NCBI GenBank assembly: GCA_043228905.1
Contig: JBHGNT010001069.1
Span: 1 to 12,424 of the forward strand
Direction: 5' to 3'
DNA: 12,424 nucleotides
DNA from: Azolla caroliniana
Taxonomy: Eukaryota; Plantae; Polypodiophyta
In this document: positions 1-9,843 of the stretch, piece by piece
How positions within the stretch are numbered: position 1 is the first letter of the stretch
Layout of the letters: each line of letters starts with the position of its first letter
Translations under genes and position numbers: made by a program
The notes under the pieces: generated by a model
What the model was told of the DNA's origin: nothing
Database searches by the model: none
What the model saw: the letters and a program-made list of their open reading frames with translations, nothing else

Positions 1-55
1 AGTTGGTTCTGTCGAGCTTCTCTGTTGGAAGCGAGCTCGCCATGCCTCTATCCAT
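1..55 (-). CDS. gag: N-terminus of a Ty1/Copia Gag(-Pol) ORF, running off the window start
   Basis: The minus strand from ATG at 55 reads MDRGMASSLPTEKLDRTN. The KLDxTN(Y) pattern is typical of Copia Gag N-termini, and the ORF lies ~60 bp downstream of a PBS. Confidence 0.75.
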   Translation of the reverse strand, partial: MDRGMASSLPTEKLDRTN

Positions 56-115
56 CGTTCTTCTCGTTCTTCTTCGTCAAGCTGTGTCAGCTGTAGAGAG
101 GTTCTCAACCCTCGC

Positions 116-127
116 GCTCTGATACCA
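116..127 (-). other. Primer-binding site (tRNA-iMet) of the minus-strand Copia element
   Basis: Plus-strand GCTCTGATACCA equals minus-strand TGGTATCAGAGC, directly abutting the LTR end (...CTACA). Confidence 0.93.
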
Positions 128-514
128 TGTAGAAAGCAACGTGCAGAAGCAAGTATGAAGACCGAACAGAAGGAAGGAAACTCAGGTTTAATGGAGAGCT
201 TGAGCTTACGCAGTATACTCGGGAGAGACAGAGAGAGAAAACACAAAAAACTATATTCAACAATAATACTCAGTCTGTACATAAGACGTGCTCAGTGAGC
301 ACTTTTATACAAGTCCTAGAAGGACTGACCGAAGTACTGACAGTACTTCAATGCTCATTAAGAGCTCCTACACTACCTCCCAAATATATTCCTCACGGAA
401 TATCTTTCCTAACGACCTCCCGGTGTACGCACTCGGCCTAACCGATCGGTCCCAACCGATCCGGTCCTCGGCTTCTTCAGCCAATCCGGCCGATGTTGAG
501 CTTGTCTCTCAACA
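128..514 (-). mobile_element. 5' LTR (387 bp) of a Copia retrotransposon inserted into another Copia pol
   Basis: The minus strand starts TGTTGAGAGAC at 514 and ends CTACA at 128, followed by the PBS. It contains TATAAAAG (309-302) and a downstream CT-rich tract. Pol homology begins immediately at 515. Confidence 0.85.
302..309 (-). promoter_or_regulatory. TATA box in the Copia LTR
   Basis: Minus-strand TATAAAAG in mid-LTR, upstream of a pyrimidine-rich R/U5 region. Confidence 0.55.
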
Positions 515-1452
515 AAGATGTAGAAAATATCCACAAGTTAAAGGTGGATCTATCTGAGGCCTTTGACATGAAAGATCTAGGTCATGCCAAGCATAGTTTA
601 GGCATGAAAATTACTCGCAATAGGGAATGTGGTAAGTTGTGGCTTTCTCAAGAAAAATACATAGAAAGAGTATTAGAAGGGTTTAATATGCATAATGCAA
701 AACCAGTAAGTACCCCCCTTGCTAGCCATTTTAAATTATGTAGAAAAGACTGTCCACATACCGAGCAAGAGAAAGAAAAGATGTCCTCAATTCCTTACTC
801 TTCAGCGATTGGTTCATTGATGTATGCTATGGTCAGCACAAGGCCAGATATTGCCCATGCCGTTAGTGTTGTAAGTAGATATCTCTCCAATCTGGGTAAG
901 TCTCATTGGGATGTCGTAAAATGGATCTTTCAATATTTAAGAGGTACATCAAAATTATGTTTATGTTTTGGAGATTCTAAACAAACTCTTGAAGGTTTTT
1001 CAGATTCAGATATGGCAGGAGATCTCGATGGGAGAAAATCTACTTCGGCTTACTTATTTACATTTGCAGGGGGAGCCGTGTCATGGCAATCTAAGTTGCA
1101 AAAATGTGTTGCTTTGTCTACAACAGAAGCGGAATATATTGCAGCCACTGAAGCTGCCAAAGAGATGCTATGGTTGAAAAGGTTTGTTTCAGATTTGGGT
1201 TTAAGTCAACTAACTTATGTGATATTTTGTGACAGCCAAAGTGCAATAGATCTAAGCAAGAACTCGATGTACCATTCTCGTACGAAACATATTGATGTAA
1301 GGTATCATTGGTTGCACTCGGCAATTGAAGATCAACTTCTACAACTCAAGAAAATTCACACAAATGACAATGTGGCTAACATGTTGACGAAGGTAGTCTC
1401 TAAACAAAAGCTTGAGCTATGTGTCAAGCTGGCTGGAATGAACAGAAACTAA
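515..1452 (+). pseudogene. pol: Ty1/Copia pol C-terminal part (RT C-terminus + RNase H), Tork/Tnt1-like, disrupted by an insertion
   Basis: Motifs FDMKDLG, LSQEKYIERVL, PYSSAIGSLMYAMVSTRPDIAHAV, FSDSDMAGD, SWQSKLQKCVALSTTEAEY, CDSQSAI and HSRTKHIDVRYH. The frame is open to the stop at 1452. The usual ADMLTK reads ANMLTK. Confidence 0.96.
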
Positions 1453-1483
1453 GTGATTCAATTGAATCTTCTCCTATGTGGCC

Positions 1484-1494
1484 AGAGGGGGAGA
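1484..1494 (+). other. Polypurine tract of the Tork-like Copia element
   Basis: AGAGGGGGAGA ~30 bp after the pol stop and 1 nt before TGTTA. Confidence 0.9.
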
Positions 1495-1495
1495 T

Positions 1496-2101
1496 TGTTA
1501 GGTTTTTTCTGTCCACATTAATAAGTAAATAAAATAGGCCTTGGACGCCCAAAACTTGTATTTTTTTTAAATAGTGTGAAAGGGGTTCACACAAGAAGAC
1601 GTTACATATCTACACTATGTAACACATTCTTTTTTGAGTGTGTCAAAAAGGGGGGAAATGAGCATTTCTCTGCTACGACAGAGAAAAACAGATTTCAAAG
1701 AGCACATACTCTCTTTCTCAACTAATTCCTTCAATCTTTTGGAAGTACACTCAGACATCCGGACATCGCTGCCTCCGTCATCAGCCACGTGCTGTGAGTT
1801 TTGGTGGTTTTTGTGTTCTTTTTGTTGAGTTTTTTATTGTTGAAGAAACATCATATTCCTCAATTGCTTATAGTACTCTAACTTGTTTAGAGTAGAACTT
1901 TGGTGTATCAGTTTTATATTGATAGTGAATTAGTTCTGGACTAGGTCCCGTAGTTTTTACCTCTTTGAGGGTTTTCCACGTTAAAATTTGTGGTGTATTG
2001 TTTATCGATTTGTTGCGTATCTTTCTTGTTTCCCTTTTAAATCTTGCACAACATATTTTCTGTTTTACATAAGTGTTTAAGTGCTACTAAGTTTCGGAAC
2101 A
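1496..2101 (+). mobile_element. LTR of the Tork/Tnt1-like Copia element (3' end at 2101, possibly extending to 2175)
   Basis: Starts TGTTAGG after the PPT and contains a CCCGTAGTTTTT...GGGTTTTCCACGT motif (~1947-1981) resembling U5 of Tork-like LTRs. It ends ...GGAACA before a PBS, and a second CAACA end occurs at 2171-2175. Confidence 0.8.
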
Positions 2102-2103
2102 AG

Positions 2104-2115
2104 TGGTATCAGAGC
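2104..2115 (+). other. Perfect tRNA-iMet PBS following the LTR
   Basis: TGGTATCAGAGC, 2 nt after ...AACA. Confidence 0.85.
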
Positions 2116-2337
2116 AGAGATTGGTGCCTTGATATTGGTGTAGTGTTCTCGGGCCACTTCGTGCTCCCGTCAACAACTAGTGGGTGAATACACCAAACCC
2201 TTTGAAGCTGCCAACACCTAATGGCGCATAGTGGTGAAGAAGAATAGTCCCCTGAAATACTCTCAAACCAAACCCTAGACTCTTAAGTAGGAAAGTAATA
2301 AGAAGAATAAGAAAACTTAAACTCTCATGAAGGTGAG

Positions 2338-2739
2338 TATTATGATCATAATCGTAGCCGTAGTTGTGTATGAAGGGGTGAGGGTTGACTTATCTCAATC
2401 CTACAATGAGAGATAACTTTAGAGTGTTTCATCACTTGGCTATTTTTTATTAAAAAACAACCAAGTGAGAAACACAAACAAGGGGCCTAGGATTTGAGCC
2501 TATAGTAGAAGGCTAGCTACCTTCATGAAGGGGCATCTCTTCTATATAGCTACCTTCATGAAGGCTAGCTACCTCCTCCTTCTTCAAACCACGGTACGAT
2601 CCATGTTTGTACATGGTGGTATGGAACACTTATGGGGACTTGGATCTGTCCACCTTTGTTAGGTGGTCAAGTGGATTGGTGCCCTTTCTTCCTCATTTTC
2701 CCTCTTTAACTTTTCTTAACGCCAATTAAGATTCTAACA
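2338..2739 (+). repeat. 5' LTR of the Gypsy element
   Basis: Aligns with 10588-11179 (TATTATGATCATAATCGTAG vs TGCTACGAGCATAACCGTAA, shared TTATCTCAATCCTACA and AAGGGGCCTAGGA). Ends ATTCTAACA. Confidence 0.9.
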
Positions 2740-2741
2740 AT

Positions 2742-2753
2742 TAGTATCAAAGT
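2742..2753 (+). other. Degenerate tRNA-iMet PBS of the Gypsy element
   Basis: TAGTATCAAAGT vs TGGTATCAGAGC (three transitions), 2 nt after the LTR CA. Confidence 0.75.
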
Positions 2754-3687
2754 GCGGTTAACGTTTTCTTGTGTTGGCTTGTTTCTTTTTATCTTTCTCT
2801 TATAAATCCTGAAGCAATTAACGGAGTGCATTTTCTCGATCCAGGAACAAGCAACTCGAGAACTTCAGTATTCTCCAAACGTTTCTCCTTTCTTTTTATA
2901 ATTAGGTAAATACTTTGTTTCTCTTATATAAGTGAGGGGTTTTTTGAAATGTGGGATTATATGTGGTAGTTCAATCTCATGTTTTATGCCCGATTAGGGT
3001 TTCGTCGTTTAGTCGACAACACGAGGTTTTATTTATTTATATTTAAAAATAAATAAATCCGCATTTATTTTTATTTTTTTTCATAATATTTTTTGTGATT
3101 TATTCATAGTTAATTAGTTAAATGTTTATCTATATTTGTCTATTTTTTAAACTTTTTTTTGGGCCATGGCCTCCTACACCAAGTCTTCACGAGTTGAGAC
3201 CTATTGTGCACATCAATAGGTCATTGCAACCGTCTCACTTCTTGGTGTTGTTCAGGGAAATAAATAAAAAAACAAAAAGAATAAATTCGATATTTTTTAT
3301 TATTAATAAAACACACCACCTCATCCACACCATCATAACTCCATATATAGTTATGGTGGGTGTTTTGTGTATTTTGGGTCCTTGATGTAGGGTGATGTTT
3401 TCTTCGATCTAGGATGCTTTTATTTTTTCCAATGGTTATTTTGATTGTTTTTTTTTCCTTATTATCTATGGTTATTAACTTATTTATTTATTTTCTTGTG
3501 TTTTGCTGACCTACACAATGTATACGTATTAACATACATATCAATATATTGTTATAAATCTATATTTTTAACATAAATAAATAAATAAGTAAAATATATG
3601 GATGCACACTCAATGACAAATCGTTAATATTCTCATATTTGAGAGTATTTATTTATACGGTCGGATATAGAACTTTTCTTGACCACA

Positions 3688-3778
3688 ATACATAAAAATT
3701 GACAAACCATGACCTTACGCACATTTACGAATTCATAAGATGAGTGTGTACGGTCATGGTTTATCAACTTTTATGTAT
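3688..3778. repeat. Imperfect inverted repeat with ~35-bp arms
   Basis: Left arm ATACATAAAAATTGACAAACCATGACCTTACGCAC vs reverse complement of right arm ATACATAAAAGTTGATAAACCATGACCGTACACAC, 4 mismatches. Confidence 0.85.
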
Positions 3779-4199
3779 CTCGAGCCTCGAGGAGCTTCCA
3801 TGGTCTTTTGATAAACACTTTTTTTTTATGTCTCCTCCATGGTTGTTAAAACACCTTAGTGTTACCACAATGTCCTTATTCTTGAAACATTTCTCACATG
3901 TCTAAAGGGGTACAAACATGAGATTTTTTATCGAATGATGTTGCCAAAGCTTGTCCAACACTTCCTAAACATTATTAATTGTTTTCTTTAGACATCTCAA
4001 TGGCACAAATCAATGACAGAAACATGGAATGTGATAATACTCCCATGGCACCAACGACCACATCTATCGGAATTCCACCTTGACTTAGTTTCCTAAGCTT
4101 CAGAAATCTTACAGAGCTCTTGAGTCTTGGGTGTTGGATATGCAGTTTAATTCTTCATTGAAAGACGACAAGCAAGGTGAACCATCCTTGGTTGTGAAA

Positions 4200-4720
4200 C
4201 CTTACATAGGTGATAAGAAGGAACAAATTGACGAAGCTATTATAACTTGCCTTGGTCGTTGGGAGTCACATTTCGAACTTTATCTTAAGTTAGATGATAC
4301 CAAGATTGCCTATGTCAATTGTGAGCTTGGGGGTAAAATCTTTGCTTGCCAATAAGGGCTTTGTAATGCCAAAAAGTTTCTTAGTGCATGGGATCACTTT
4401 GCCAATACATTTAAGAAACTGTTTCTTCAATCTCCCTATGAGACTGAAGCATCACACAACATACTTAACATTTTTGGCCAAAAAATTTCTTCTCTTATGC
4501 CAGGACTTAGTTCCAAAAATGAGGTCCTGAGGTGACAAACAATTTATTGCTTGCTTACTACATGGCATTCCTAACTCTGATTATCCTTAGATAGTTCATG
4601 ATAAGGATCCTAGTGAACTTGAGGAAGCAATAGAAATTTAATTCGTTATGGTCGTATATCATAATAAAGACCATAATAAACCCTTGGGTTCTACACCTAA
4701 TCCATCACAATTTAGTGGGA
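4200..4720 (+). pseudogene. gag: Degenerate Gypsy gag (boundaries approximate)
   Basis: CLGRWESHFELYLKLDDTKIAYVNCELGGK and, further downstream, WDHFANTFKKLF resemble the Ty3 Retrotrans_gag pattern. Located between PBS and protease, with stops and frameshifts. Confidence 0.6.
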
Positions 4721-4762
4721 AATGAAAGAAACTCGATCATGGATTCTTAACTCGCAACTCCA

Positions 4763-5275
4763 GTGACCAATACCTACATGTGGTTAGGACCTAAATATTT
4801 GCTTGGTGCCAACATACTTATCAAAGGGTCTTCAATATATTTTTTATTTGATTTTGGAAGCTCACATGATTTCATCAATGATCCTTTGGTTCAATTGTTG
4901 GAACTTCAGCCAAGTCTACGCGATCACACTTATCAAGTCCATCTAGCAGATGGAGGAATTCAATACATCAATGGAATGATTCATCAATTTCCAATCCATA
5001 TCAATACCTATTTAGAAAAACTAGACTTCTATATTATGAGTCTTCGATCCATTGATGTAATACTTGGTTATCCATGGTTTTTTTAAAAGACTTCCTCTTT
5101 ATCCAATGATTGGGTCAAACATTCAATATTGTTTTCATTAAATAATTCTCAACACTTTATTCAATGTGGCAAACCTTTGTTTGTCTCTACTCTTTTGAGC
5201 ACATCTTTTTTCGATTCTTCTTGTTCTGCAATGTATTGTCGTGTCCTTGACTTTGATCTTCAAATATATAGTACT
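4763..5275 (+). pseudogene. pol: Gypsy aspartic protease (degenerate)
   Basis: LFDFGSSHDFI (usual LxDSGASHNFI), VHLADG and DVILGYPW. The frame breaks at ~5086. Confidence 0.88.
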
Positions 5276-5291
5276 AAGTATATTAAGTGAC

Positions 5292-6345
5292 TTTTATTTA
5301 GTGGAAGAAGAAGTTGAAGTTATGCAACTAGCCTCCCAAAAACCCATTAGGGTCATTGCTAGGTTAGAGAAGAAGTTTTTCCTAGATCCTAACCCTTTTG
5401 TGGCAGACCATGCACGACAACTGTGGGCATTTCAAAGTAAGCCGGTGGAACACCTTAATTGGGACCCGACTAACTATGCATGGCGGTTGGTTGGAAGATC
5501 TTCGGCAAATGAACAAGAAAGTAGAACTCGCCCTTTTTTTTTTAGTACTCTGTGGCCTATGGGAGACGCTTCTTGTTGCAAAGTCATTCCATAAGTCCTT
5601 CTGCACAAAAGTATTGGGAGTCAGGTGCAATATCGCCTCAATATTTGGTAGCTTACTGGAAAAGTTTATGGACTTTACCATGTCTACGGAGAGCCATTTC
5701 TTTTAAGTGGTTATTACTTCATTATGCTTTACCTGTAGGTTGTCATCTAAAAGGACAGGTTCATGATTGTCATTGTGTGTGTTGCTAAGTACAAGAGGAA
5801 ACTTTGAAACATTTGTTTTGGACTTGTATTGCAGTTCAACAATATTGGGGAAGAATACTTAGGATGTTTTCTTGTAAATATAGAGGAGCGATTTTTACAT
5901 GGGGAGTTGTTCTTTGGGGGTCTTTGGATGTCCAAGTATCCATGTATGAGGGGGAGCATTGTGTGGAAGCATTGCATGTGTCGGAGAATAGAATTGAAGC
6001 AATTCTCCCGAATAGTCCGGGTGGTAAATATTTTAAAGAGGCTTTTGTTTGGAATATTGTCTCGATTAATGTTTTATGGGTGTGGTGGACATGTAGGTGC
6101 AACAAGAAATATGAAGGTATCGAGTATAATGTGGTGGATATGATAAAGATGTTCTGGGACAACTTAGTACATACAATTAAGGGAGAGTACGATAATATTA
6201 AAGGGCCAACAAAAAAGGTGTATAAGAAAAGAAGGAAAATTCGTCATACATGGTGACCAATACCTCTATGGTTGGATGGGACACATGATAACTGTTGGAA
6301 TTATGTGCCACCACGATGGTTGTTTCCTCCGCCTAGTCCTTTCTT
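5292..6345 (+). pseudogene. LINE ORF2 C-terminal region including zf-RVT
   Basis: YWKSLW...FKWLLLHYALPVG...CVCC*VQEETLKHLFWTC...YW matches the zf-RVT CCHC pattern. ORFs 5552-5788 and 5804-6256 share a frame with one stop, there is a frameshift at the T-run ~5534-5543, and the frame continues past TGA 6254-6256 as WNYVPPRWLFPPP. Confidence 0.85.
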
Positions 6346-6350
6346 ATTTT

Positions 6351-7054
6351 TTGGGGAATGGTTTTCTCATTTTTTTGGGGAGGATGAGAGGAGACAAATT
6401 GTCAAAAGGTATTATACTAAGATGTAGACATTTGATAGCAGGTTATGTATTGCTGACTATGAGCAAGTTGAATGTGGAAGATAGAAGACTACATTAAGAT
6501 GCATCAATTTTGTGTACGTTGAAAGTGGAATTAGAAGAGTGGTTTGGCTTTGCTTGGGGAAGCCATCCTTATGGGGAAAATCTTTTTGCTTTGTGTTTGT
6601 GACAAAGATGGATGATGTTAAAGGATGTTGAAGCAGTTCTAGGGAGTGACAAGGAGGCTAGATTATGTTTCAATGACTTTTCAAAGTTGGGGAGTGGTTT
6701 TTTCAGTTTTCTGGGGAGGATTAGTGGAGACAAATTGTCAAAAGGTACTGTATTAGGATGTATACATTTGGTACCAGGCCTTATGTATTGCTATTTATAA
6801 GTTGGTTAAATGTGGAAATAAAAGATTGTCTCAAGATGTAGCTACTTTGTGTACACTGAAAGTGGAAATTACAAGAGTGGTTTGGTTTTGCTTGGGGAAG
6901 CCATCCTTATGAGAAAATCTTTTTATTATGGGGCAGAGATGGATGATGTTAAAGGATGTTGAAGCACTTCTAGGGAGTGACAAGAAGGATAGATTATGTT
7001 TCATTTACTTCTCAAATTTGGGGTGTGGTTTTCTCTTTTTTCTGGGGAGGATGA
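6351..7054 (+). repeat. Tandem duplication, ~335-bp unit x ~2.1
   Basis: Units 6351-6686, 6687-7017 and partial 7018-7054. The two full units share GGAGACAAATTGTCAAAAGGTA, GCTTGGGGAAGCCATCCTTATG and GATGGATGATGTTAAAGGATGTTGAAGCA. Confidence 0.92.
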
Positions 7055-7059
7055 CTAGA

Positions 7060-8032
7060 GCAATTTTAGGTGTAGCTAACTATGAGCAGGTTGAAGAAGG
7101 ATGGTGTTTCACAATGCAACTTCTTTGTGTGGAGACAAAGTAATGGAAGATGCTAGAAGGCCGCCAGATGACCCTCATCTTGTGTACTTTACCTATGAGG
7201 AAAGAGGGACTTCCGGTTCGGGCTATGGCTTCTAAAAATGCACTAATTTTAGGATATTACTACCGTGTGGCACTATAGGGGTGGTTAATAGGTACAGAAA
7301 CTTGCAATGGAATCATGAGTATCAGGCTGCTAAAAGACAATATTGAGCTTGGAAAGGCCATGTTGGACATATGCTATATGTGGCTAGGTGGATCATGGTT
7401 CAACAGAGATTTTTTGTGGTTTACTTGGTGATCATACAACAAGGATTGGATGTGGCAGAATGATGTAATTTGAAGAATGGTCTGCATGCTATGGTTCTCC
7501 GAAGTTGTGTGAGCATACAAGTGGTTCATTGTCTTCATGTATACGACGTAGTTTCAAGAGAATGGAGGGAGTATAGAAGCAGGAATTTGGTGGTAACCAA
7601 CAAGATGATTGATGTGGAAAGGGGAAGCATTCTTTTTGTGTTTACAAACATGCATATGAAATGTGGTTGTCTTGAAGAAGCATAGAATGTATTTGATCGC
7701 CTTCAAAATCGAGATTTAGAGGCATGGAATACATTGTTCTCTACCTTGGAAGCTTGTGGTAGCATTCGGTTTTTAGGGTAAAGGAAGATTTATTAGAATT
7801 GCATTGGTGGATATAGCATGCTGAAAAATCATTCTAATGGTTCCAATCTAGGAGTTGCGAGGGCTTGTCTCTGGATGTCACAACTTTTGTTTCTGTTTAT
7901 GGAATAGCTTGTGATTACAAATTATGCTAAACAAGAGCAGGTTGAAGAAGCATTGAAATGGTTCATATCTATGAGTTGTGAGGGCTTGTCTCTGGATGCA
8001 ACTACTTTTGTTGTTGTCAATGGAATAGCTTG
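7060..8032 (+). pseudogene. Fragments of PLS-class pentatricopeptide repeat (PPR) coding sequence
   Basis: Translations include EGLPVRAMASKNALILGY (7204-7257), IMSIRLLKDNIELGKAMLDI..AICG (7312-7384), MHMKCGCLEEA*NVFDRLQNRDLEAWNTLFS (~7650-7742) and ITNYAKQEQVEEALKWFISMSCEGLSLDATTFV (~7914-8012). These follow PPR consensus motifs and are broken by stops and frameshifts. Confidence 0.88.
7836..8032 (+). repeat. Direct repeat of ~76 bp with 121-bp period in the PPR region
   Basis: 7836-7911 vs 7957-8032 share GAGGGCTTGTCTCTGGATG and ATGGAATAGCTTG. Confidence 0.85.
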
Positions 8033-8221
8033 GAATGTGTCTATAGAATAATTTTCAAATTAGTTTTTCCTCTACTTTGGAGTACATAGATTTGTTTCCT
8101 TAACCATTGTCTTATAAAGATGAGTTGGGGAAAAACTATTTTGTATGTTGCAGTTGTTATGACTTTTCTAAAAACTAATGGAAGGATATTTTGGTTTTTA
8201 AAAAAAAGTATATTAAGTGAC

Positions 8222-9276
8222 GGGGATCAATTAACATAATATAAACAACAAGTTCTTGACTCACTGTTAAAAGAGTTTCAAGATATTTTCCCTAGGCTAA
8301 ACATAATATTGACCACCATATTGATCTCATACTAGGTATTCCTCGGTATCGACTTAGTCGAAATGAAGCAAATGAGATTGCTTCGCAACTTAAGGAGTAC
8401 TTAAGGATGGGTCATATACGTTATAGTAAATCCCCTTCTTGTGCACCAGTCTTTTTGGTCAAGAAAAAAAAATGGATCGTGGAGACTATGTATTAATCAT
8501 CACCGTTTCAATAAAGTCTTGCCTTGCACAGATGATTTGGTATATTGTCTAGGAGTTAAATCATTTTCAAAGATTGATTTGAGAACTAGTTATCATTAGA
8601 TACGAATTGTCAAAAATGATATTCAAACAACATTCCATATGCGTTATGACCATTACGAGTTTCTTTGAGAACTAGTTATCATTAGATACGAATTGTCAAA
8701 AATGATATTCAAACAACATTCCGTATGCGTTATGACCATTACGAGTTTCTAGTTGTACCTTTTGGTTTGATTAATGCTCCAACTACATTCCAACAAGAAG
8801 TGAATGATATGTTTTGATATTAACTCAAATAGTTCATTGTTGTTTTCTTGGATGATGTTCTTATTTATAGTTGTCACTAGACGAACATAGTGCACACATC
8901 TATTTTGTCCTTCAAACATTCACGCCATGATATAGAAATGTGAATTTTTTTTAAAGTCAATTATATATCTTGGACATTTGGCCACTAAATAGGATGTGCA
9001 AATTGATCTTTCTCGAATAGAGAAAGTCAAACTAAGGTCTACTCCACGAATCATTTGAGAGTTATGTTGATTTTTAGGTTTTGTGGGTGTTTTGCAAAAA
9101 GCTATTCGTAATAACTCCTAATTGGCGACATCATTTAAAAACCTTTTAGAACGTCAAATGCGGCAAGTCTACAAAACCAATCCCTCGGAAGGATCATCTA
9201 GATGAGTCATTTCAAATACTCAAAGAACATGTACATTAGGTCCCTTCACTTCTTTTACCAGACTCATCTAAACCGT
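8222..9276 (+). pseudogene. pol: Gypsy reverse transcriptase (degenerate)
   Basis: LLKEFQDIFP, YRLSRNE, SKSPSCAPVFLVKKK, GSWRLCI, FSKIDLRTSYH, PFGLINAPTTFQ, VFLDDVLIYS (FLDD 8845-8856), YLGH and PSLLLPDSSKP, with many stops and frameshifts. Confidence 0.93.
8579..8750 (+). repeat. Near-perfect 86-bp tandem duplication inside RT
   Basis: 8579-8664 and 8665-8750 differ at one site (A8637 / G8723). Confidence 0.95.
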
Positions 9277-9579
9277 CGTCGCGAAAATGCTCGCGTGCGT
9301 GTGCTACTTGAGCAGGACCACTTGGGTCTCAAACTAAGGAGGACATTTGATGACCTTAAAAGACAATGATGTGGATGTTTGAGTCGAGGAAGACAATGTC
9401 ACACAGTTTTGCTTTGTGACATGCACGAAACCATTGGCTTAAAACCATGGTTTTGTGCACACGGTTTTGTATTATCGTTTCATATGTAATGTGAATATGA
9501 AAAGTAAATACATAAAGTTTAACGTGTATGATTATAGCCCTAGTGGTAAATCAATTCTCTTCTACATTGGAGGTACAAG

Positions 9580-9776
9580 TAGGGATCGGCAATGGCTCGG
9601 CTCAAGCCTAAACCGTTTGGCTTAGCCGGCTTGAAAACGGCTTAGCGGCTTAGTAGCTCGTCTTGACTCGGTTTGAGCCTCGCCAAACCGGCTCAAGCCG
9701 GCTAAGCCGTTTAGAAATTTTAGAGAGAGAGGTGGAGAAAGAGAAAGAGAGGGAGGGAGGGAGACAATAGACAAGG

Positions 9777-9843
<67 letters not shown>

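Larger units (their letters stand above)
5292..8205 (+). mobile_element. 5'-truncated L1-like LINE insertion with PPR-derived 3' region
   Basis: Flanked by a perfect 16-bp direct repeat AAGTATATTAAGTGAC (5276-5291 and 8206-8221), with an A-run at 8200-8207. It contains the ORF2 C-terminal zinc finger and separates Gypsy PR from RT. Confidence 0.9.

Noticed and set aside
493-1452. 319-aa ORF as a standalone gene
   Set aside because: Its start lies inside the antisense LTR of another element. It is a truncated Copia pol lacking the RT catalytic motif.
2326-2340. Possible PPT (GAAGGTGAGTA) before the left Gypsy LTR, which would make it a 3' LTR
   Set aside because: Ungapped alignment to the other LTR starts at 2338, a PBS follows, and GTGAG matches the right-hand ATGAG as a TSD.
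5382-6162. Overlapping ORFs 5382-5681, 5398-5706, 5747-5977, 5829-6143 and 5836-6162
   Set aside because: These are alternative or antisense frames of the LINE ORF2 remnant, with no recognisable motifs.
7060-8032. Functional PPR gene or LINE-PPR fusion protein
   Set aside because: There are multiple stops and frameshifts, the motifs are incomplete, no E/DYW domain is seen, and there is no continuous frame from ORF2.
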